DNA from: Phallusia mammillata
Lineage: Eukaryota
Assembly (NCBI GenBank): GCA_965637545.1
Contig: OZ281500.1
Location: forward strand, 8,680,001 to 8,744,000
DNA: 64,000 bases
Direction: 5' to 3'
Below are positions 1 to 10,435 of the stretch, one piece after another. The position numbers were made by a program, and so were the translations under genes. Numbering within the stretch: position 1 is the stretch's first letter; each line of letters opens with the position of its first letter. Below the pieces are notes generated by a model. It had not been told where the DNA came from, did no database searches, and worked only from the letters and a program-made list of their open reading frames with translations.

Positions 1-735
1 CTTAAACGAGTTGAGCAAATATTGACGCGCTATTCTTGGCTGATTTGTTATTCGGATGCATTTTTATTCCACGCAAATCTTTACATATCTCATATTACGG
101 CTACGGGAATTAGTTCAAAAATAAATAACTTTAAATCTTGAAAAATAACTACTTAACTGTACTCAACGTCGAACTTAAGAATATGGTACACGGGTTTTGC
201 TTTGGCATACAATAGACGCGGAGCAGACAACACAACTACCGCTACGTCAAGGGTGGTGCTGCATGCGCGAGTCACAGCACCCGGTCTCCTATTTCTCCCG
301 GCATGCAGCTTTTCCAAGTGTGCATGCGCACAACTGCATAACGTCATGAAACTGTGTGCTGTAAAGCCAAATACCCTGGTGAAGCCCCATCATAGATAAC
401 TTAATGGTCCAAAAAAAAATTGCCGATGCAGGCGGAAATTTTGCTTATTACGTTCTGCTCAACCATAAAAAAGTATTGTAATGAAAGTTATTTGCAAAAT
501 TGTAGTAGAAATATAGTAAAAACGTGCATTTTTGTTTCTCACCATTCGGATCATATGTTTCTATTCCGTCGTACGATCAGTTGCACCACTGTACGACGTC
601 TTTTCTCAAACGAGGTGAGCAAATATTGACGCGCTATTCTTGGCTGATTTGTTATTCGGATGCATTTTTGTTCCACGTAAATCTTTACATATCTCATATT
701 ACGGCTACGGGAATTAGTTTAAACTACTTAAATAA
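1..735. repeat. Direct repeat of ~130 bp (1-135 vs ~607-735), spacing ~606 bp
   Basis: aaacgagNtgagcaaatattgacgcgctattcttggctgatttgttattcggatgc...ggctacgggaattagtt occurs twice with only a few mismatches. Confidence 0.85.
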
Positions 736-760
736 AAAAAAATCTTGGGCGTACTGCAGC
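1..760 (-). pseudogene. Degenerate class A GPCR-like remnant, partly duplicated
   Basis: One minus frame (about 400 down to 1) reads WGFTRVFGFTAHSFMTLCSC...DVAVVVLSAPRLLY (TM4-like)...FIFELIPVAVI*xM*R (TM5-like Pro), with several stops. The second copy adds EKRRRTVVQLIV (TM6-start-like) in another frame. This is pattern recognition only. Confidence 0.3.
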
Positions 761-1072
761 CCCGCAGCACAAGCCGCCCCTGAACGCAACTAAATCTTCG
801 TGTAACTTTATACCGAAATTTTTCATTGAAATTTGCTTGACTTTTTCCTTTTTTTTCTATTTTACGTAAGTGGCCATAAATCCAACTAAAATTATTTCAA
901 TCAACACGATTTACTTTATTTCAGCCTAAAACATGAAAGGAAAAAAACACACGATAGCAACACTAAAACACGATAAACAACCACACCTGACAATAAGACA
1001 AAAAGTTCTTCAACGCCTTAGGTAAAACCACGTTTACATAAAATCCCTTTTGAGAGCAAGCAAACTAGTGAA

Positions 1073-3741
1073 CTAAGTATCAGGTGCGTCTTTGCGATCT
1101 CTATACGCCTTGGCTACTAAGTCACCAACTTTTTTAATATCAGCCTCTTCTATCACATCACCTTCATCTCCATGTTCTAGGAAGTAATAAAAAATAAAAC
1201 GTTTTTAATATTGGTATGCTTGTTTCAATTAAACCAGCGGCTCTCAAGCATGGGTACGAGCAAGACGCATTTCTGCCATCTTATTATTACATTTCAGATC
1301 TTGCAACTATATAAGTGAACATTTGACAGGTGAATGAGTTTTCTGCGACAAAAAGTATTCTTTTACTTTATTTTTAAGGAACAAAACAGGCGATTGTTCT
1401 CACACATTTTTTATTGTCTTAATCTTGTTTGTGTAGCAATAAGTTATACTTGAGTCATTCACATGCTGTGTAATGTTAGGAAACTAAACAAAATACGTCC
1501 TACATTATGCTGTGGGAATACTTTCGCAGGAAATAAATTACATTTTGTTTGTTAACTTCAGGTTTAGTTTCGCAAGGGCCTATTTATAGTTTCACAGATG
1601 TATCAAGCTTTGGCCGCGAGTGCTCGAGGAACTTGCGAAGGACTGTTATGACAAAAAAAAGTAAGGAAGTTTGAGAACATTGTCGTAGCCAAATTTTTGA
1701 TGTTGTTTATTGGGAACTTTAATTTAGTGTAGTTTTGTATCAGATCACGGCCAAAATATCAAATAAATCTACAACTGCCACAAATGACAGAGTTGTAAGC
1801 ATAAATCCACATATATTTAGATTTCTCCAAACAAAAATAATGAAAGCTTTACTGTGTCCCGTCGAACCATCGTGTTTGGTATAACACCTTTACTCAAACG
1901 GGATTGTGGACCGCAAATTATTTGGCCCCTCCCGTAACTTGAGAACCACTTAAATTAAACAATTTGGACTTTGGTGTCTATCCATTTCACTTACGTCGTA
2001 GTTTCTGGCCTTCTTCTCCATTAACGACAGGATTCATCCACGTCGAGGAACGTGTCACACTCGGCTCCATTCTGGCACCTTGTGGCACAAAAATGTAGAA
2101 CGCTACCTCTATTACGTCATCACGCGTCATCGCAGTCTTCGACCGCATTTTCTTGCGTTCCCGGTTCATGGTACGACTCTGCGTGAAATTTATTTAACTT
2201 ACACATGAAATGTTTTGCTTTAGTTAATTTACGTTTCTGATGGTACAACTACAAACCGAGTGGAGACTACAAAGTTTGTGCGTTGTAAATGGGTCTTGTG
2301 CGTTTGTCGTTTATGTATTTTCTGCGTTCTCTATTGCTTCTTGCCGCGCGCAAAACTTTAAACGAACTTGTATTGCTCTCATTTCTAATTTCATACGTTA
2401 TTCATCGATGTTGCTCAACAGTTATAACAAAAAATGAAATAAGTCAAACTTTTCTGATTGAATCCCATGCGTCGGTTACTTCCTCTTGTGACGGAAACAA
2501 ACTGCAGTCGTTGAAGAAAGCTGGCAGCTCACTCGATTCCATTTCATTCCAAAACTCGCGTTTCTTAAACATCAGTTCAAATTCTAAAACAATCACAAAA
2601 TTGGTATGTTACGTTTGGGGATAAGAGCAAACTATGTGTGTCAGGTTGATGATTTAAGACAATTACTTTTCTTTTGGTCCAAATAACTATCCAGCTCATC
2701 GTAAGTCAAGTATAGAGATGGTTTCATCTTGCCATGGCGTTCTTGCGTTCTTCTCAATATGCCGCGGTACTCACTTACTGCTGAAGCCATGTCTGTGTAA
2801 TCGCATTGTCTTATCTGCACGTGAGAAACGTGTAAATTACCAACTAACGTGGGTAAACAAACCTATGACCATATGGAAACAGTAAAATGTACAAGGATGT
2901 CAAAGAATCAAATCATAAAGCGCTTCCAAACAACATGCAACCGATTTGGTTAACATTCAGCTAAAAATGAATGTCTGCACCTTTTACTTAATATGCTTTA
3001 GTTTGTTTCGTAGCAACCAGCCCCGAACTTGTCTTTGTATTGCAACAGCACTTTCCTGAATCAGCTCCCTGAAGGGCAATTCAGGTGCAGGGTGAAATAC
3101 CTAATATGAAAAATTGTTTGTAAATGAAAAAGCTCATGTTGGTTAAGAGATCCAACGGTTTTTTTATAATTACAATCATCATTGTTTGTAATCATCAAAG
3201 TTTTTTAGGGGAAACTCTTATCCGTCATTACATACCTCATATACTTCATTGTGTGGTCCGACGCGATTTAGCCTTTGCATCTCACGGCGTTCCGTAGCTC
3301 GCATGCTGTTCCTGGAATCCCGAAGACGTTGTTTGCGTCTTTCGCTTTTTTCTTTCAGAAGAACTTTAAACATACAAAGGTGTAAAAATTAACAAGTATC
3401 ACAAAAAAGATATTGCTAACGCTCTTTTACTTATCATTGCTGGCTTTAGTTTGCTGCAATCAGCAGTTGTATAATCGACGCAAAATTATATGGATATAAC
3501 CTTAAATACTGAAACATTTTCTGTAAACGTGAAAATTGGGTTCAATATTTGATTCTTGAACATTATATCATTAAACCTTTATAAGATCGCGCCCATTCCA
3601 ATGTTTCTTTGCTTATTCCTGCACATTTCCTTGCAGCTCTTGTTCGTGCTAAATGATGTCTGTAAGCTCTCTGCATCTTCACGGCAGCATTGGTGTGGGT
3701 TTCGTTGGCTTGTTCCGCTGCTTCATTGGTTGTTTCGCTTT
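1073..3741 (-). pseudogene. IQCM: 5'-truncated duplicate of the IQCM-like gene (last 7 exons only) with a premature stop
   Basis: Exon-by-exon homologous to 10436-14904: the IQ exons AAVKMQRAYRHHLAR and AVAIQRQVRGWLLRNKL, then FPSQEEVTDAWDSI and STWMNPVVNGEEG. The IQ2 exon ends ATT AAG TAA AAG (stop at 2984-2986), where the other copy has ATT GAG GAA AAG. No upstream exons were found beyond 3741. Confidence 0.8.
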
Positions 3742-4759
3742 CTGCAAAACATCAAATTTAAATCGGACTAATCACTTACAGACGATAAATGTTTGTATGT
3801 TAAAATTTAGGTACATTTAGTGGTTATTACAATGTTACGTATAAACTAGAAGAGTGGCTTTCTGATATACTTCCATTTTATATATTCTATATGATATTTA
3901 CCAATTTACTATACACATCATTTGATCTACATGTATGATTGTTTTTGTACACAAAAACAAATGGGTCCCCACACGCGTGTTTGTGCGGATTGACAGTAAA
4001 CAAATGTTGCGTTGATTTTTAGATTCTTAAGGACAAATTTTTAGAAAGCATTAACCCAACAATAAAAAAAAATGTTGGTATTCTTTTTGCACTAGGTCGG
4101 GTTTTGAACACATTTTTTTTAGAAAGCTGTAACAGTTGTGTTACAGACACTTTAAATTAAAAAGCAATTTGCTACAAGTGTATACATAACAAATTGTTTT
4201 TCATTTAACTTTGTTTCGCAAAACGAGTACCATTGACCTGTAGTAACCTCTCAGGGTGCACACGCCAAACGACTGTTTGACCTTTTGACACCGTTTTCAA
4301 TAACACGCCGTCCTGAGTGTTCAACAATACCGTTAAGCCTAATTATTACATGTCTTGAGCATTGACTCCTAAATTGATTGTCAAAAAAAAAAACGCTACC
4401 TTATGACGAAAGAAAGTACTGAACACTGTTTGTAATACCTACTAGTTGACCTTAAGTAACCCGTGATCATGCGGCGGCCAACCTGACAATGAGCATTTAA
4501 AAAAACATATATTTTGCAAAAAAGTCAAGTTCATTTTTTCATGTTTACTTTGATTAACAAAGTTTTGCTTGACATGTACGAAACCGAAGCACGGTTATTA
4601 GGTTTAAATCACGTCATAGGTGTAAAACCTTCGTCAAAACCAAAAATGTGAGTGATAACTTAATAAAACGACATAGCATTGCTGTGCAAAACAGCTGATT
4701 TCTAATCACTGAAACGACGTCTCGTAAAACGTCTGTCCGACGTCAAGCTGAGCCCTCCC

Positions 4760-5350
4760 GCTATCGTAAACCAATTACTCTCTTGGTACTTCTGCCTACA
4801 GTGTCTTTCTTGACCAAACGAGCGTTAGACACATTTACGTTTCGGGGGCCTGTGGGTGAACCGCTGGGTAATTCGGGGTCAAACTTATAGAGGATCAAGT
4901 TCAGATTGATAACTAACATATGTCCAAATTTGAATAAATTTGAAGCACTCCTTCTTTACCACACGAGCGATAAAAACCAGCGTTAAAAATTTTACGTTTC
5001 GGGGACCTGTGGGTGAATCGCTGGGTGATTCGGGGTTAAACTTCTGGAGGATCAAGTTTGGATTAATAACTAACATATGTCCAAATTTGAAGCACTTTTT
5101 CTTTACCACACGAGCATTACAAACCAGCGTTAAAAATTTTACGTTTCGGGGGCCTGTGGGTGAACTGAGGGATCAAACGGGGTCAAAATTCACATGGACC
5201 ATCTTTAGACCAATATCTGTAATGTGTGTCAATTTGAAAAAGTTTGAACCATTCTTTCTTGACCAAAACGTGGGAACAAATCCGCGTTAGACGGAAAAAA
5301 AAATACGGACAAAAACAATATGTGTCCCCTTCAGGGAAGGGGACCCATAA
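4760..5350 (+). mobile_element. Probable non-autonomous Helitron/Helentron (DINE-1-like) element containing the 150-bp repeats
   Basis: Internal tandem repeats are followed by aaaacaatatgt-gtcccctt-caggg-aaggggac-ccataa (8-bp GC-rich terminal hairpin at 5324-5344). This architecture is typical of DINE-1-type elements. The 5' boundary is uncertain. Confidence 0.4.
4820..5290. repeat. Tandem repeat, ~3 copies of a ~150-bp unit
   Basis: The anchor ttacgtttcgggg(g/a)cctgtgggtgaa occurs at 4835, 4992 and 5139 (spacings 157 and 147). Units 1 and 2 also share ataactaacatatgtccaaatttgaa. Confidence 0.9.
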
Positions 5351-6699
5351 ATAATACATGAGTAAGTATAGTTTGGTACTGAAATTAACCCGTACAACCC
5401 CGAGATAACTGTACCTACTGCAATCATTATCCAAAATTACAAACGAAATTGACTAATATACAATATTGTTCACAGAATATATATTTCATTGGAGGTTTTC
5501 GCTATAAATAGTTTCTTATTTACCACTCGAAATATTTATGCGCTTGCAATAATTATTTTTTAAATATAATTATTATAGAATTTATTTTTTTGATAAAAAT
5601 TAAGCTATGTTGAGTAGGTTTACCATATCGGAGTGGGTCAAATTCCTGATACTTTCAATAAAAACCTTGGCGACAACATCCTGCAGAAAGCAAAAGGATG
5701 TTGTCGCATTCTGCAAATCCCAACACCATTTGTTAACTGTAAACGTGTAAAGTGTAAACTCCTATATGGTCGACTCTATATTTAGTCTACCATCATATTG
5801 AAAGAAACGTCACAGATTTGTTTCCTTACAAGTTAGGTTAAAACTGTGATTAACTGTGACCGAACATTTTCTTCTCCTTTAGGATTATTGTAATCATTTT
5901 GACAGTATATGATTGCATTTTTTTTATCGTTGCCTATTTTTTTAAAATTAACTTCATAAGATCATCAACATTATTTATAATTTAGCGTAGCAATCCATGT
6001 TGCCCGGTATAGTCATTAATACCTTAATTTAAAATTATTATGAGCCAAACTTGAACAAAATCAACTATATTATCATTAATTATTATAACCAATGGATTTT
6101 TTTATTGGGATAATAAGCTCAACAAGAGTATCATGTTTAACATATATGGTCGGTTGAGTGCAGAAATTGTTTTTATCAGAGAAAAAGGTGTTTGGGGCTC
6201 AAAAAAGGTTGAAATAGACTAATCGCAGTACGGTAGCAAAATGTCACTCACAACTTTGTAGTAGTTAGTATTTTTATTTACAGTGGTTTTTAATAACACA
6301 GCAATTAATATTTTTAATAACATATTGATTTTATTTGTCAAATTCAAAATTACACCCTGATTGGGTGTTTGGCTTTGTTTATGCTAAATTATGTATACGC
6401 TCAAATAAAACCATGTTTTGAATCCTTAATAAAACACATACACTTTTGTACAAATCTTGCGTCCTAAATGTTTGGACTTCAAGCGATGTTAAAACGTAAT
6501 AACTTACATATAACGAACTTTCAAGGCGTTTTTACTTAAAGAAATCTTCTACACTATTTGCGGTTTCACTAAACATTTCTAAAAAATACGTGAAATAGAA
6601 TTTCAATCTTTTGAGACTATTACGGAGTTAGAACGTGCGATTTAGGCGAAAACTTTATCGTATGCCAACTTTCCTGCTGCGGTGCAAAACTATATATGC

Positions 6700-7608
6700 T
6701 TAACCATGTAGGTTATGCGCCAGCAGAATATACATGTCAGTTTCAACATTAACTAACACTTCAGCATCAGCAACATCTTCAATCTTCCAAGCTGCATTTA
6801 CCTTTTGACGAAACTGCTCGCTAAGATCGATGGAATTAACAAGATCAGAAGTTATTTCCATACCAGCTGTTCTGCATTCCTTCAGTTTTTGTTCAAGATG
6901 GTTTTGAGTGCTATCAAATGATTTTAATTGACCAACAATGCACTCTAAAGTTGATTGGTAATAATTGTTCACGTCACCAACATAAACCTTGTCGTCGGAC
7001 GGTATAGCTTCGAAAACGTCCTTATATTTGCGCACTGGGTAACTGTATACCTTTTCGTTGTAAACTCCACTAAATACGTGCTTCTCAAACAATTTGGTGG
7101 CATATTTCCCCATTTCAACTTCGTTGCCCAGCGGCAAAGAACTGGGTTCAATTCGTGGTAGGCACGGGCACAACACTGCAAGACACCCATTCTTCTTCAG
7201 CACTCTTTGGGTCTCCAAATAAAATTTCGGCAAATCAAACCAGTATGCGGATGTGGCACTTAATACTAAGTCGGCAACATTGTCTGGCACCGGTATGCTT
7301 TCAGCGGACCCTTGGACATAATACACATGACTCAACTTGTTCTGCATTTTGGCTTCAAGAATTTGATTAGAGCTAATATCAACGCCCTTAACCCGTTGGA
7401 AAAACGGCGCAAACAGGTTTGTGGCCTGACCACTTCCACATCCAACATCCACCAGTAATTCAAACTTAGATTCTTCTTGCCCTGACTTGGTTAACTTGTT
7501 TGTTGCCTTCACATAGTCCATTACGATGTTAATTATGTCTTGTGAGTATCCAGGTCGGTGTTTTGCGTACAAGTCGGTGATGGCTTGACTTTCAAAGCCG
7601 CGCAACAT
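6700..7608 (-). CDS. Intronless class I SAM-dependent methyltransferase (Methyltransf_11-like), 302 aa
   Basis: Uninterrupted ORF with an N-terminal YAKHRPGY motif, motif I LLVDVGCGSGQAT, post-I VKGVDIS, GSAESIP, DLVLSATSAYWFD and QRVLKKNGCLAV. Confidence 0.92.
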   Translation of the reverse strand: MLRGFESQAITDLYAKHRPGYSQDIINIVMDYVKATNKLTKSGQEESKFELLVDVGCGSGQATNLFAPFFQRVKGVDISSNQILEAKMQNKLSHVYYVQGSAESIPVPDNVADLVLSATSAYWFDLPKFYLETQRVLKKNGCLAVLCPCLPRIEPSSLPLGNEVEMGKYATKLFEKHVFSGVYNEKVYSYPVRKYKDVFEAIPSDDKVYVGDVNNYYQSTLECIVGQLKSFDSTQNHLEQKLKECRTAGMEITSDLVNSIDLSEQFRQKVNAAWKIEDVADAEVLVNVETDMYILLAHNLHG

Positions 7609-7982
7609 GTTCGAACGTGAAAAGAGGCTTTACCACAGATATAAGTAATATATAACTTGAACGGTTTTCTGAGGTAAACACCTAAAAACAAAAAAGGATA
7701 CAATTTACGGGGTTTAAACGATGTTGCATTGGAAGATTACTTTTCAATTATTTCTGTGTTCCTGCATAAACGTTTCAAAGGCAAACGATTAAATCAGCTT
7801 CCACATCCAGAATGGGAGAAAGTGGAGGGGCGATAAAGTCAAAAAGTTATTTATGGCAGCGCCAAATTTTAGTTTTACCGTAAACCTTTTTCCCTTTAAG
7901 TTATAGAATTTATTTTATGGCAAATGTGCGAAGTCATAGCGTACTCTAACCGAGCTGCTATGCTTTTTCTCAGGTACTAGGG

Positions 7983-8273
7983 CGGTGGTTCTCAACCCGT
8001 TTTGGGCCATGGACCACCGCCCCAGCAAAAATAATATCATGGACCATTTAGTTTTTAAGCAAGATTGAAGTACGCATACAAAACAACCATTTGGGCTCAA
8101 CACATACTTTTTAAAAACGATTTTCAAGAAGTGAGATACATTTATAAACAGCTTGCATTTTGATACTCCTTCAACATGTAATATGCAATCATCTCTAGTT
8201 TATTACTAAATTTAGTGGACGTCCTGTGGATCACCAAAAAAGGCATCCATGGACCACCAGTTGAGAACCACTG
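7983..8273. mobile_element. hAT-type MITE (~290 bp)
   Basis: TIRs c(g)gtggttctcaac ... gttgagaaccactg. The 8-bp TSD reads tactaggg / tactagcg (1 mismatch). It belongs to the same family as the ends of 11131-13315. Confidence 0.8.
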
Positions 8274-10435
8274 TACTAGCGGCTGTGATTCTACGTTAAA
8301 AACGACAGTATTGACAGGAGGAAGTATATGCGCAATGATGAACAAAGACCTTATGTTTGTGCAGAACATTCGAGAAAAACAAAATAACTCAATACTTCTT
8401 AGGCATTGTACGAAACGGAAATGTTATATCTTAGAAAACATTTTGTGACGAGTTAAACACATTTCCCGTTGTTGTATAAAATGCTCTTGCACACGAAAAT
8501 GCACACGTTAATGTAAACATTGTACACAATATATCATGGCCGCTACACTGGCAACCCCAAGTACCTGAAGCAACTAATTGTGTCCTATTGATTTTTACTT
8601 TCTCGGTGTTTTAGGTAAATAAAAATTGCTTGGTAATTACGACAATTAAGTTAAACTTTCAATGTCATTCTCTTCGTTTGTTGCTTTTCAACAGTCAGCA
8701 CGCATCTATAGACTTAGAACTGTGATGTCAGAAAACGAGCATTCAGGTTTTTTTTAAGGTTTGGTTTGGGTGACCGTTAAGTAGCTTTAAGAGACCGCAA
8801 GTGTTTCATTTAAATACCAAAAAATAGTACTGTAGTTGCAAGTCCAAATTTTGGGAAACTGCTGGAGAAATTTGAAATTTTTAAAACACCTTAAAAAAAC
8901 ACTGCGAGCATTGACGAAACCCTTATGAGACAAGAAAACAAACAAATGCAATCGGTGATGGAAAAACGTAAACTGACTCACATGGTGTACATTGAGTCTC
9001 TACATATAATTTACATCCATGTACTTTCGCCTAATAAAGTTCCCACACCATTGTTGTTTCACCAAACATTGCTGAAAAAAAAAAAAAAAACTATGAAAAA
9101 CGTTTTTAAAACAACACACTACTGAGACTAAATCCAAACTGAATATTTTCTTAGTGCAATTTTGATTTAATTTTAGATAGAAATTAAATGATAATGATAA
9201 TTATAGGACACAGCTGCCAAGCCCTTTGTAAGCATTTTTAGCCACAATTCACTGACATCACAAGTTGTCCTGGCCTGCTAAACAAAAAAGGACATAAGTA
9301 ACAAAACTTGTCAACATGAAACTGCAACAACCCGAATTATCTTCAAACTTTTGCCTTTCCTATTATTATTGCCATCAACCAGATTATTAGACACATTTAA
9401 AGGCAAAATTTAATTTAATCGCTCGTGGACCGTGGTAACACATTGCAAAATAATTCGTCAAATCTCATGACAGAAGTTTTTGCACTACCTTTCGCATCAC
9501 AGAATTTTCTGTTGTCTATGAAATCCGCTGCTAAGTTTTTCTTCATCACATATGAAAGCTTATAACCTCCTATTCCGTGTGTACGGTAGTTGTCTTTTGT
9601 CTGCTTGACTGTCCAGCGCAGAGGCTATCTGGGCTTCTTATCGCCAGAGGCAAGTCAAAAAGTTACGCTTCATTGAAGGGCGAAAGCCTGTTCCGGGCTT
9701 TGTTATGGACCCCTTTAACGGGCAGGTAAGATGATTTATGCGTTCGGTCTTTTTAGTTTTGCTGTTAACATGTAGGTCTGCTACCGCGCCATAGGTACAC
9801 ATTGATTTGCGCACTACAAGAGTTGGGCACCAAAACATGAGATTTGAAAAAATGTCCTTGTATTCGTTTCATTTGCTAAAGGTAGTGTTTGTTGCTTAGA
9901 ACTAAAAACGGATTGAGCATATTTTAATGACACTTTAAAATAGTAGGCGACCGAGCTCAAATATTTTGCTTAAACTTGCCACATTATCCATCTTACGCCT
10001 TTGTTTTTATCCAGGAGCTTTTATTATTTTGGGGTTTCGTGTTCGGTTCAGGTCTAAAAAAATATACATATTTTTAGCTTCAGGTTTTGTTTCTGGGTTC
10101 CGGTTTGATTTCCTGAGTTAAACAATCCTAGAAGTTGCATATGGGGTAACTAGGCTAATACGTAATTACTGATCTATCCCCTTGCACTGTCGGTATTTTG
10201 ACAACCCAAAAACGTTTTCTCTCGTTTCTTTTTTTAAATAAGTGAGCGCATAAATCCAACTACAATTATTTCAATCAACACGATTTACTTTATTACATTC
10301 TAAAAAATGGATGCAAAGAACACGATAGCAACACTGAAAACACGATAAGCAACCACACCTCACAATAAGTTCGTCAACACGGTAGGTGAAAAAAGTTTAC
10401 TTAAAATCACTTTTGAGACAAAGCAATCTAGTTAA

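Noticed and set aside
1255-1305. Possible extra small exon (and its paralog at ~10670-10725) in IQCM
   Set aside because: The flanking exons join directly in phase (LR|QHG), and the paralogous segment contains stops, so it is conserved intron sequence.
4885-5434. ORFs of 74-116 aa with internal repeats
   Set aside because: They are by-products of the 150-bp tandem repeat.
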